From Vicinamibacterales bacterium (GTDB lineage: Bacteria; Acidobacteriota; Vicinamibacteria; Vicinamibacterales; UBA8438): 64,000 nucleotides of DNA. The stretch is from NCBI GenBank assembly GCA_965207615.1, contig CBDBMZ010000003.1:4077855-4141854 (forward strand), written 5' to 3'. Of this stretch, positions 1 to 9,679 are shown in pieces (position 1 is the stretch's first letter; the number at the start of each line of letters is the position of its first letter). The notes under the pieces are model-generated. The model saw only the letters and a program-made list of their open reading frames with translations. It was not told the origin of the DNA and made no database searches. A program made the translations under genes and the position numbers.

Positions 1-137
1 ACCGGCAAGTGACGGCAGCGTACGGTGCGCATGAGCTCGTCGGCGAGCTCGAGGCGGTCGTTCCGGTCGAGGGTCTTGGGTTCCCGGCTCATGACGTCTC
101 CGACACGCATGACTTCGGTCCTGGTGGATTCAACCAT
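1..137 (-). CDS. CBS-domain protein, N-terminal 45 codons only (gene runs off the window start)
   Basis: Minus-strand ATG at 137 preceded by GGGGA. It reads MVESTRTEVMRVGDVMSREPKTLDRNDRLELADELMRTVRCRHLP, a typical start of a CBS module. Confidence 0.55.
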   Translation of the reverse strand, partial: MVESTRTEVMRVGDVMSREPKTLDRNDRLELADELMRTVRCRHLP

Positions 138-370
138 GTTCATTCCCCTTTGTTCGGTGCGCCCACTCGTGACGGCCCCAACTCGGGGACGTCGGGGGGC
201 TCGGACGCACACGATCGATCAATGGCCGCCTCCAGGGGAAGCCCTCCGCGCTCATGCGACGGTCGAAGCAAGCCCTGCACAGACGCCGGGAACACAGCTC
301 GTCGTGCCGGACGCCGGTCAGGCTCCGCTCTCACTGGCGCGCCAATTCGGGAGGTTGCCGTTGCATCCCG

Positions 371-1150
371 TCAGGGTGTCGGGTTGACCAGGTCGCTCAA
401 CAACGCCGCAACACGTTCTCTCGCCGTGGCGAGGCGTTCCTCGAGCTGGTCGAAAACGAACCGGTGACCCGAACGGCGTGCCTCGATCAACGGGACCTCG
501 GCCTGCAGATACGCCTCTTCCAACCCGCTCCGCCGATCTTCGCCACGGACACGGTCGATCAAATGTCGGGCCGCGTCGAGAGACTCGCGCACATCGGCAA
601 CGCCCTCGAGAAGCAGCTGTGCCTCCGCCGACCGACCGGGACGGGGCTCGATGCCGTCCGGTCCGTGGCACTCAGCGCACTGCCGCTCGAGCGCCTGCGG
701 CGACAACAGCTGTCCGCCGACGCTGCCGTGACAAGTCGAGCAGGTGGGCACGCGGCGGTTCCCCTGGCTCAGGAGCTCGAAGTGTCGGCTCACCTGAAAG
801 TTGGCGTAAGGGCCAACGTGACAGGCGCCGCAGGTCTGAGGCAACCGGGTACGATGGACGGGACTCGACGGGTTGAAGCTGCTCAGCACCCCCTGATGCG
901 CCCGCCACGACTCGAACGTGTCGGGGTTGCCTGCGTGACAGCTGTCGCACCCGACGCCGGCGCGGCCGTGCGGCGACAGGCTCCAGTCATGCAGGTGCGC
1001 CTGGGCCGGCTCCGTATACGGGTTGGCGATGTGACAGTCTGCGCATCGGCTCCGGTCGAGCTGTGCGAACGCGGTCGGCGCCGCCGGCAGCCCGACGCCC
1101 GCCACCAGGGTGGCAACCGACAGGGCGCGCATCAACTTCGCTGATATCAT
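371..1150 (-). CDS. secreted pentaheme c-type cytochrome
   Basis: Signal peptide MISAKLMRALSVATLVAGVGLPAAPTAFAQ. Five CXXCH motifs (CADCH, CDSCH, CGACH, CSTCH, CAECH). GGAGAGGA RBS upstream of the internal ATG at 1150. Confidence 0.85.
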   Translation of the reverse strand: MISAKLMRALSVATLVAGVGLPAAPTAFAQLDRSRCADCHIANPYTEPAQAHLHDWSLSPHGRAGVGCDSCHAGNPDTFESWRAHQGVLSSFNPSSPVHRTRLPQTCGACHVGPYANFQVSRHFELLSQGNRRVPTCSTCHGSVGGQLLSPQALERQCAECHGPDGIEPRPGRSAEAQLLLEGVADVRESLDAARHLIDRVRGEDRRSGLEEAYLQAEVPLIEARRSGHRFVFDQLEERLATARERVAALLSDLVNPTP

Positions 1151-1184
1151 GAACTTCGTCCTCTCCAGAGCCGTTGCGCGTGAT

Positions 1185-1200
1185 CGAGTCTCGAGACTCG
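1185..1200. promoter_or_regulatory. perfect 16-bp palindrome CGAGTCTCGAGACTCG in the divergent cytochrome/USP intergenic region
   Basis: The sequence is identical on both strands and lies 35 bp upstream of the cytochrome start codon. Confidence 0.3.
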
Positions 1201-1567
1201 GGCATCCGGCTGCTTGCGAAGTTACCATGCACGATCCTGGCCAGTCCACGGACGAGGGCTGGAACGTGCCTCCATGGGGCGGGGCCGGGGACGGCTTTCG
1301 TTCGCCTGACTGGTCTGCCGGGAGGTGCCGGGCATCCGACGGGACAAGCAGGCGTCAGAAGCGAGGCCCACGGGTCGGCCTTCCAAGCCGATAGAGCGCG
1401 GAATTGTTCCCGCTGGATGAGGAAAATGCCCCAAAACGGGATCTGCAAACGTACTGCTCACGTAGGCGCCAACAGGCTTGGCATGACGGTTGCAGAGCGC
1501 ATATGTAGCCCGGCGTGTTCGTGGTGACGGGGGGAGAAACCGCGGCCGGAACCGAAAGGAGTCCAGC

Positions 1568-2440
1568 GTGCTGACCCTACGCACAATCCTGCATCCGACC
1601 GATTGCTCCGATAGCGCCCGGCGTGCCCTCGAGGTGGCGGCTCGGTTCGCGACGATGCACCGTGCGACGCTCTTGATTCTCCATGCCGAGGTCGTGCATG
1701 GCGCGAGCTCGCGCGAGAAGGGCGCGGCGCTCGACGAGTACGTCGCGTCCGCCCGCCGCCTGGTGCGGTCGCTGGCGAACGAGAACGCAACGGCTGTGCA
1801 GGTGGCGGTGGAAGTGGTGGAGGCCCGGACGTTCTTTGCCCACGACGCCATCACGGAGCTGGCGGCCGCGCGGTGCGTCGATCTCATCGTGATGGGTACG
1901 CACGGCCGCCGCGGATTCAGCCGCCTGCTGCTGGGAAGCAACGCGGAGCGCGTCCTCCGACAGGCTTCGTGTCATGTCCTGACGGTTCGGGCCGATGCAG
2001 CGATTCCTGCCGGCGTGGGGTTCCCTGAGCTGCTCGTTCCGATCGACTTCTCCGATTGCTCCAGGCATGGACTGGATGGTGCCTTGGCTCTGGCTGCGAA
2101 CGGGCGCGCACAGGTCCACATCCTCCATGTCATGGAACCGCTGCCGCCCTGGGCCCGCTACGAGTTGGGTGGCGACCCCCGGGAACGTGCAGAAGAACGG
2201 CTTCGTGCCTGGGTTCGCAACCCGGGGGTTCGATGCATCGTGAAGAAGGGTCATGCAACGGCGGAGATCGTTCGCGCAGCCGAGGACCTGAAGGTGGATC
2301 TCATCGTCATGAGCAACCGGGGAGCTACAGTTGCGGAGTGGCTGCCGGTGGGCGCCGTGACGGAGCGCGTCTGCCGCATAGCCCGCGCGCCGGTCCTCAC
2401 GATGCGACAGGAAGTCCGTGGACAGGTGTCGGCGCCATAG
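1568..2440 (+). CDS. tandem universal stress protein (two UspA domains)
   Basis: Two USP modules (ILHPTDCSD...LIVMGTHGRRGFSRLLLGSNAERV and LLVPIDFSD...LIVMSNRG...GAVTERV). Probable GTG start at 1568 within ORF 1490..2440. Confidence 0.85.
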   Translation: MLTLRTILHPTDCSDSARRALEVAARFATMHRATLLILHAEVVHGASSREKGAALDEYVASARRLVRSLANENATAVQVAVEVVEARTFFAHDAITELAAARCVDLIVMGTHGRRGFSRLLLGSNAERVLRQASCHVLTVRADAAIPAGVGFPELLVPIDFSDCSRHGLDGALALAANGRAQVHILHVMEPLPPWARYELGGDPRERAEERLRAWVRNPGVRCIVKKGHATAEIVRAAEDLKVDLIVMSNRGATVAEWLPVGAVTERVCRIARAPVLTMRQEVRGQVSAP

Positions 2441-2709
2441 CGAGCCGCTGTTGCCACGCGCCCGGCAGACCACCTCCAGATCGAGCTCTCTCCCGGAGGC
2501 TGCGTCTCCGGTCGCCCGCCGAGAATCGTCACAAGCGACCGTCCAGGATTCGACGTGCGCAGCCCAGGCGGGGAAGGCCGTGACCGGACAAACGCTCGAT
2601 CGTAGCCGCCGTCACGGTCCTGGCCCGTGTGCGGGCCGGAGCGCGCTGCGGCGCACGCTGAACGACAATCATCGACCAGCGAGAAGGCAGGAGCGGTGGA
2701 ACCGACTAG

Positions 2710-2934
2710 GCGACGGCCGCGATCGCGGGTCCGGGCATCACGCCCGCCATCGGCGAGAAGATGTTCGAGCCCCTCTTCTCCAGGAGGAACCGAGGCGCCC
2801 GCCTCGGACTGCCGACGGCACGCCGCATCGTCGAGGCCCACGGCAGCTCCCTGACCGCACGCCCGCGGGAAGGCGGCGGTGCCGTCCTGCTGATCACGTT
2901 TCCCCTGGGTGAGGAGGTCGCGGCGAGCGGCTGA
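2710..2934 (+). pseudogene. histidine kinase C-terminal (HATPase_c G1/G2 box) remnant
   Basis: The frame opens just after the TAG at 2707. It reads GPGITPAIGEKMFEPLFSRRNRGARLGLPTARRIVEAHGSSLTARPREGGGAVLLITFPLG. There is no upstream HisKA or sensor part, and a neighbouring frame carries LGDGRDRG, so a frameshift is likely. Confidence 0.6.
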
Positions 2935-3421
2935 GTCGGCGTGCGTTCGTCGGGCGACGGCCTTCGAGTCGAGGGCCGGCGCGACGGAGCGTCGATTCAG
3001 ACGCCACACCCGCGAACGAATTCCCACTCGAGTGGGGAAAAGCCGCGCCGAGTCCTGCCGACCGCAAGCCCGTCAGCCCCCGGGAACTGTGGTGGCACGA
3101 TGCTTGCTTTACGGTAGCACGAAGACTGCCTCGCGAAAGCTGATGCAGTGGAGTTGCCGTCATCGCGACCGGACGGGTCGCGGTCGCCGATGGGTTTGCC
3201 GATGCCCCCCGGTTGAGGTCGTGCGTGAGGCGTCTTGTCCGACACTCCCGGTTGAAGAAGGCAGAATATGTGTCCTGTCATTCCGGCGCCGTCCAACCCC
3301 TGCGACCCGGGCTCGGGTCCGGCGACCCGACCATCCGGCCTGTGACCTCGGCACCTGATGCGCCAAGGCCTCGCCGCTGGCGGTGGACGACCCGAAGAGG
3401 GAAGCCAGGGCGGAGGATTCC

Positions 3422-3895
3422 ATGAGAATCGATGCACTGATGTCGACGGACCTTGCCAGCGTGCGCCCGGAAACGAACCTGCGAGTCGCCATCGGCGAGA
3501 TGCGCTCCCATGGCTGCGGGTTCCTGCCCGTGGTCGAGGCAACCGGCCGCGTTGTGGGAGTGCTCACCGACCGTGATGTTGCGCTGGCCCTCGGCACGGA
3601 CGATGCCCGGCCGTCGGAGCGTTCGGTAGCCGATGTGATGACGAGGGAGGTGCACACGTGCCGTGTCGACGAGTCAGCTCACCAAGCCCTTCTCCGAATG
3701 CGTGGCGGTAGAGTGCGACGTCTCCCAGTCGTGAACGAAACAGGCGATCTGGCCGGCGCCATCTCGATCGACGACTTGGTGCTTCTCGCGCAGAACGTCC
3801 GGGCAGGCCCCGACCGCGTGTCGTTCGAGCAGGCGATGGAAGCGGTCGTGTTTCTTGCCGCCCGTTCGTCGAAACGAACCCGACGTGGAGCTTGA
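3422..3895 (+). CDS. CBS-pair domain protein
   Basis: Two CBS motifs (IDALMSTDLASVRPETNLRVAIGEMRSHGCGFLPVV and VADVMTREVHTCRVDESAHQALLRMRGGRVRRLPVV). Confidence 0.85.
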   Translation: MRIDALMSTDLASVRPETNLRVAIGEMRSHGCGFLPVVEATGRVVGVLTDRDVALALGTDDARPSERSVADVMTREVHTCRVDESAHQALLRMRGGRVRRLPVVNETGDLAGAISIDDLVLLAQNVRAGPDRVSFEQAMEAVVFLAARSSKRTRRGA

Positions 3896-4015
3896 CGCCC
3901 CTGAACGCCTGAGCGGACCACGCAAGTCGGTACGGAACCGGTGTTGACCGGCGATGCTCGCCGCGGACGTCGCCGTCGCTGGACCGCCGCGTCGGGGGGC
4001 GACTGCGGTGGAAGC

Positions 4016-4603
4016 ATGACCGAACCAGTTTCAGAAACGCGGCGTCCGCGGCGTCCGTCGACGCATGTCGCTCCCGACGGCGCCTACGCGACCGCGCAAC
4101 ACTACGTGGGCGACCTCGTCTACGGCGCGAACGACGGTATCCTGACGACGTTCGCCGTGGTTGCCGGGGTGACTGGGGGCGCGCTGTCCGCGACCACGGT
4201 CATCGTCGTGGGCGTCGCCAACCTGGTTGCCGACGGGCTGTCGATGGGAGTGGGGAACTACCTCGGTATTCGCGCACGAGAGAGCGCGCTTGAGCAACAG
4301 GGGCGGCCTCAGGAGGAGGCGGAGCCGGCACGACACGGATTCGCGACGTTTCTGGCCTTCGTCGCCGCCGGGTCCGTGCCGCTTCTGCCGTACCTGGTTC
4401 CCGGCGTCGGTGACGGGTTCATCCCGGCAGCCTGTCTGGCGTTCGGCGCGCTGTTCGCCGTGGGCGCCGCGCGGTCGCTGGTGACCGCCAGCCGGTGGTG
4501 GGTCAGCGGTCTCGAAATGCTCGGACTCGGGATTCTGGTGGCGACTGTGGCTTACACCACCGGCGCCGGGATCGCCCTGTTCATTCAAAGCGGAGCCGGA
4601 TGA
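4016..4603 (+). CDS. VIT1/CCC1-family iron/manganese transporter
   Basis: YVGDLVYGANDGILTTFAVVAGVTGG motif and several C-terminal hydrophobic helices. The start is taken at MTEPVS. Confidence 0.8.
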   Translation: MTEPVSETRRPRRPSTHVAPDGAYATAQHYVGDLVYGANDGILTTFAVVAGVTGGALSATTVIVVGVANLVADGLSMGVGNYLGIRARESALEQQGRPQEEAEPARHGFATFLAFVAAGSVPLLPYLVPGVGDGFIPAACLAFGALFAVGAARSLVTASRWWVSGLEMLGLGILVATVAYTTGAGIALFIQSGAG

Positions 4604-4730
4604 CGTGCGTCGCCGGACGAGGTTCTGGGTCATGACAGGCGACAGCGCCGACGTCGAGCCCAGCGCGTTTCCTCACGCATCAAGGAGACGCTCGATGCGC
4701 TACGGAGAGGATGATGCCGTTGGAGGGGTA

Positions 4731-6429
4731 ATGTCCACCTCGCCGCCGCGTGCGACCGCCCGCCGGTCGCCCCCAGCATCAGTCGACCAGACCGAAGTGA
4801 TAGCTTGGCTGGCAACGCCGTCCGCCTACGGGCTGAAGGCAGGCCCCATCGAGCGTATCGACACTCATACGTCGGTGGTCTTCCTGGCAGGCGACAGCGC
4901 CTTCAAGCTCAAGCGCGCCGTGCGGTTCGACTATCTGGACTATTCCACACCCGAGCGCCGACGGTGGTGCTGCCTGGAGGAGGTGCGCCTGAATCGACGA
5001 ACCGCGCCGGAGTTGTACCGCGGCGTGCGCGACGTGCGCAGGGCGCCGGACGGCAGGCTGGCGCTGGACGGGCGTGGCCACGCCATCGACCACGTGGTCG
5101 AGATGACCCGGTTCGATGCGGATGCCCAGCTCGACCGCCTCGCTGCCCGCCACGCCCTCGATCGGGCGCTGATGCCGCGGCTGGCCGACGCGGTCGTCCG
5201 CCTCCACGAGGTCGCGGAACGGAACTTCGATTACGGGGGTCACGCTGGCATGTCGGCCGAGCTGCGGGGCGTTCGCAAGGCCCTGCGCACGTACGGGCGT
5301 GGCGTGCTCGACCTCGAAGCGGCCGAACGGCTGTCGGCAGCGAGCCAGGGCGCGCTGAGACGTCGAGCCGACCTGCTCGACGCTCGGCGCGCCCACGGTC
5401 TTGTTCGCCACGGCCACGGCGATCTCCATCTGCGCAACATCTGCCTGCGAGACGGACAGCCGGTCCTTTTCGACTGCATCGAGTTCAATCCGGCGTTCGC
5501 ACGCGTGGACGTCCTGTACGATCTGGCCTTCCTACTGATGGACCTGCTCCATCGTGGTCTCGCCAGCCATGCGAATGCGGTGCTCAACCGCTACATCGAA
5601 CGCATGGAAGACATCGATGGCTTGGTGCTGTTGCCGCTCTTCCTCGCGACGCGCGCCTCCATCCGGGCCATGGCGAACGCCACGGCGGTGCCGGCCCAGA
5701 GCCGCGCTGAGCACGCGGCCGCGTTGCGCGTTGAAGCGCGGCAATACCTCGAACTGGCGCAGACGCTGATTAGTCCGCCGCCCCCGATACTCGTAGCCGT
5801 CGGCGGACCGTCAGGCGCGGGGAAGACGACGCTCGCGCGACGCCTGGCCGCGTCGATCGGGCCGGCACCCGGTGCGCTGGTCGTACGTAGCGACATCGAA
5901 CGCAAGCGTTTGCTGGGCCTGCCCATCGACCAGCGACTCGCGCCGAGCGGCTACACGACAGGCATGTCCCGCGACGTATATCGCACACTCGTCGAACGCG
6001 CGGGTCGGGTGCTCCAGGCCGGCCACGGCGTCATCCTTGACGCCGTCTTCGCAAACCCCGTCGAACGCGCGGCGTTGCGAGACGCCGCGCGTGCCAACCG
6101 GGTGCCTTTCCGCGGCCCTCTGGCTCGACGCGCCCCTGAAGATCCGGACGGCCCGCATCGACGGCCGGACCGGCGACGCATCCGACGCCACGGCGGCAGT
6201 GGCGGCCCGGCAGATGGGGTGGATCCGCGCGCCGGCGTCGTGGACCGTGCTCGACGCGACCGGCAACGCCGACGGCGTGTTGCAGGCGGCGCGCAGCGCC
6301 CTCGACGGCTTCGTCCCGAGCGCCGCCAAAGCCGTCGGGCAGGAACCGAGTCCCTCATCGCCGCCCGGAAGCGCGGCCCGCGAGGATGCTGCAGAATGGA
6401 GCAGCAGGTCCACCCGGTCGTCGGTGTGA
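4731..6429 (+). pseudogene. aminoglycoside-phosphotransferase-like domain fused to a P-loop (AAA_33-like) kinase, interrupted by a 1-nt frameshift
   Basis: APH-like core HGDLHLRNICL and P-loop GGPSGAGKTT. After ...RANRVPFRG the family sequence continues in the +1 frame (LWLDAPLKIRTARIDGRTGDASDAT...). The switch is at the CCC run at 6116-6118. Confidence 0.7.
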
Positions 6430-7338
6430 CCGGCCCGTGGGGCGCGTCGACGTGGATGGATTTGCAGTGCGCCTTGCCGGTCGCATCGGAGGTGCCGGGA
6501 GCGGCGGGCGCAGACAACCGCGACCGGCTGGGCACCCGGCCCGGGCGTCTCAGCGTTGCCCGGTCCGCCGGCAACGGCGCCGTGCGGGGTCGTCCACGTC
6601 CGGGGCGAACTTCCCGAGGTTCTTCCAGTCGAGACGCGTCCGCTGCGGCCCCTCGGGCATGAGCTCCTCGAGGTCCTGGTCGAGGGCGCCGTCGCTGCCT
6701 GCCAGACCACTTCGGCCTCGGCCACCGCGCCGGTGGCGGTGTCCCGCACCGGATCAGCTGGGGCGCGAGCCCCGGCGCAAGATCATCATCGGGGCAATCG
6801 TCCGGGCGGCGCAGACATCGCAGACGGACATCAGCCTCGGCTGGCTCGAGGAGCGGATTCAGACCCTGAAGCGACCCGACGATCGTGCCGAGGCTGCACA
6901 CGGGCTCCGGGTCTGTCTGCTGGCGGCGGCTCTCGCCACGAGCCTGCCCGCGACGCCGGTCTCGGCCCAGGACGGAATCGGGCTCGACGACGTCGGCGGC
7001 CGGGCCTCGGCCTACCTAGCGGCGTACGTCGACGACCTGTCGACGCCAAGCTCCTCGACCGCAATCGCAACAAGCTGGTCGAAGCCCGCCTCGACGACAT
7101 GCTCGAGGCGCAACGCCCAGGCCATCGACCGGATCGCTCACCGCTACCGCCCGGCTCGGCGCGGTGCTGCTCGACCCCGACGTCGGCGACGGAGTCTACT
7201 GCGGTGGCCGGTTCTCGCTGGCCGGGCCGTCTCATCACGGGGTCACGAGGTCGGCGTAGCCGACCCGGCGCTGCACGGCCCGCATGGGCGCCCTCTCGTG
7301 GATGCCCAAGCGAGATCCGTGCCGGCCGCCCGACTCCG

Positions 7339-8619
7339 TCATGGCGTCACCGGCGCGTCGATGGCGTAGGGTGCGGCGAGCCGATGGTCGGGGTGGGCGT
7401 CGAGGTACGCCGCGATGCGGTCGCGGTGGGTCAGCGCATCGGCGATGAACGACACCGCCTCGACGAGCCGCTCGTCGGGCTGCGCGCAGCTCAGGCGCAG
7501 GAAGCCGCCGCCGGCCTCCCCGAAGCACTCCCCGCCGAGGCAGGCGACGCCCACCGCGTCGTCGGCCCCTTCGAGCAGGTACATCGCCAGCCCGTGCGAC
7601 GTGATGCCGGCCCGGTTGCAGACCTCGGCCACCGACGGGAAGACGTAGAACGTGCCGCCGGGCATGAGGCAGCTCACGCCCTCGATGGTGTTCACGCCGG
7701 CCACCAGCAGCTCGACCTTGCGGTGGAAGTCGCCCATCCGCTCGTCGCGGTACTGCCGGGCGCGCTCGAGGGCGGCCGCCCCCGCGAGCTGCGTGAACGG
7801 GGGCACGCACGAGAGCGCGACGTTCGTCAGCAGGTCGAAGACCTTGATCGTCGCGGGGCTCGACACCGCGTAGCCGAGGCGCCAGCCGCTCATGCTGAAC
7901 GACTTGCTGAACGTGTAGGCGGCGACGGTCTGCTCGAGCATGCCCGGCTCGGCGAGCAGCGAGCGGTGGCGGCCCTCCCACACCATGCAGTCGTAGGGCT
8001 CGTCGGCGAACACCGCCACGTTGCGGCCCCGGATCAGGTCGGCGAGCCCGCGGAGGTCCTCCTCGGTCGCGACCCCCCCGGTGGGGTTGTGCGGGCTGTT
8101 GAGGAAGATGGCCTTGGGCCGCGGGTCGTCGTCGAGGAAGCGCCGCACGTCCTCGAGGTTCGGCCGGAACGCCCGCGACGCGCGCAGGTTCGACAGCACC
8201 ATGCGCGCCCCGCGCCGACCGATGTTCGCGGCGTAGGTCGGAAAGTACGGGCTGAACACGAGCACGCCGTCGTCGGGCTCGACGAACGCGTCGCAGAAGA
8301 GCTGCTCGAAGGTCTTTGCGCCGGGTCCTGCGATGACGTGGTCGGCGGTCACCGACAGCCCGTGCTCCTCGTTGACGTAGGCGGCGGCAGCGGCGCGAAG
8401 CTCGGGCAGCCCGCCCGACGGGCCGTAGGTGGTGCGGCCGGCCCGGATCGCCTCGACCCCGGCGTCGACGGCGGCCTCCGGGGACGCGAAGGGGCTGTCC
8501 CCGATCTCGAGCTCGATGACGTCCTTGCCGGCAGCGGCGACGCGCCGGGCGGCGGCGAGGACCGTGAACGCCCCCTCGGGCTTGACGGTGGACGAGAATC
8601 GCGTCAGGGACGGCGGCAT
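7339..8619 (-). CDS. class I/II PLP-dependent aminotransferase (aspartate/aromatic type)
   Basis: NSPHNPTG and the TFSKSFSMSGWRLGY lysine motif. Full length of 426 aa. Confidence 0.9.
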   Translation of the reverse strand: MPPSLTRFSSTVKPEGAFTVLAAARRVAAAGKDVIELEIGDSPFASPEAAVDAGVEAIRAGRTTYGPSGGLPELRAAAAAYVNEEHGLSVTADHVIAGPGAKTFEQLFCDAFVEPDDGVLVFSPYFPTYAANIGRRGARMVLSNLRASRAFRPNLEDVRRFLDDDPRPKAIFLNSPHNPTGGVATEEDLRGLADLIRGRNVAVFADEPYDCMVWEGRHRSLLAEPGMLEQTVAAYTFSKSFSMSGWRLGYAVSSPATIKVFDLLTNVALSCVPPFTQLAGAAALERARQYRDERMGDFHRKVELLVAGVNTIEGVSCLMPGGTFYVFPSVAEVCNRAGITSHGLAMYLLEGADDAVGVACLGGECFGEAGGGFLRLSCAQPDERLVEAVSFIADALTHRDRIAAYLDAHPDHRLAAPYAIDAPVTP

Positions 8620-9070
8620 GCAGCGAAGCTCCTTTCCGGGTCGGGGCCGTCGCTGGAGACGGCCGGCGGGCGCCGGGGCGCGTCATGACGACCGCCCGGT
8701 CGGCGGCCTCTTCTGAGTGTCGCACACTCGGCGCGGCGCTGTCTCCCGCGCGGGAGCGAGCGAGGGCGCGTTCCCCGGTGCAGCCAGCCATCCTCGGCGG
8801 CGACAGGCGGCCGCCCCCCCCCGCGCGCGGGGGTCCGGGTAGCCTCCCCGCTCTCTCGCGAACCCGCCGGCGAACCGCGCGTGCCTGCCGAGGCTCCGGG
8901 ACCGGAGCGCGTCGCGCACCCCCCGTGAATTGGGTTGCGAAACCCGGCCGGGGACACTAGGATGCACCCGGTAATCCGCGGGTCGGCGCCGGCCGCCCAT
9001 CAGCAGGGGGGCGGCGCGGCGTACCTGCCGACCGGCCGGATCGTCATTCCCAGTCATCAAGGAGCAGTAC

Positions 9071-9514
9071 GTGTTGAACATGAAGGAACGAAAGACGAGA
9101 GTGCTCGGGGCAGCGGTGCTGGCCGGCGCGGCGGTGCTTGCGGCGTGGTCGATGACGGGCGAGGCCCAGGAGGGGCCGCGGGTGTTCTTCGTGACGCCGG
9201 CCGACGGCGCCACGGTGTCGAGCCCGGTGCAGTTCGAGTTCGGCAGCGAAGGCTTCTCGCTGCTGCCGGTTCCCGAGGAGGTCGAGACGCCCCGATGGGG
9301 GGTCGGACACTACCACATCGGCATCGCCACCGAGTGCCTCCCGGCCGGCGAGATCATCCCCCAGTCGGCGCCGTGGGTCCACTTCGGCGACGGCTCCTCC
9401 GTCTTCGAGAGCCTGATGCCGCCGGGCGAGCACACCTTCGCGGTGCAGCTCGGCGACGACGAGCACCGCACCATCGAGGGCCTCTGCTCGACGATCACGG
9501 TCACCGTCGAGTGA
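9071..9514 (+). CDS. secreted DUF4399-like protein
   Basis: AAGGAG RBS 6 nt before the GTG start. Signal peptide, then GHYHIGI...GEHTFAVQLGDDEHR, as I recall for DUF4399. Confidence 0.7.
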   Translation: MLNMKERKTRVLGAAVLAGAAVLAAWSMTGEAQEGPRVFFVTPADGATVSSPVQFEFGSEGFSLLPVPEEVETPRWGVGHYHIGIATECLPAGEIIPQSAPWVHFGDGSSVFESLMPPGEHTFAVQLGDDEHRTIEGLCSTITVTVE

Positions 9515-9679
9515 AGGACCAGCCGGGGGCCTGCGCCGCGAGCGGCGGCGCGGCCCTTGGCACGCACGGTCCGGGGCCGTCGGAGGCCGCCGCGCGACCC
9601 TGCGGTCGCGTTTGGTGCTTCGCTGATGCGAGCTCCTGCGGCGACGGTCTCCGGCTTGGCCCGCACACCCCTTCGGCGG

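Noticed and set aside
6556-8688. Very long ORFs antisense to or overlapping recognised genes. Examples: 6556..8688 +, 7235..8791 -, 11926..14787 +, 19645..21945 -, 21813..23258 -, 25226..27709 +, 28646..31276 -, 33976..36393 -, 36336..37634 -, 41112..42929 -, 53004..55730 + and 54832..58458 +.
   Set aside because: Their translations are Arg/Pro/Gly/Ala-rich with no motifs. Each lies opposite a gene with clear family signatures. Long stop-free antisense frames are expected at about 70% GC.
8818-8833. Palindrome CCCCCGCGCGCGGGGG (with a C9 run) in the aminotransferase/DUF4399 divergent spacer as an operator.
   Set aside because: G/C-only palindromes of this kind arise easily by chance in very GC-rich DNA, and nothing else supports a function.
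8900-9070. A possible riboswitch in the 170-nt GC-rich leader of the DUF4399 gene.
   Set aside because: I could not match any riboswitch core (no B12 box, no SAM, glycine, TPP or Mn conserved motifs). It needs an Rfam scan before any claim.
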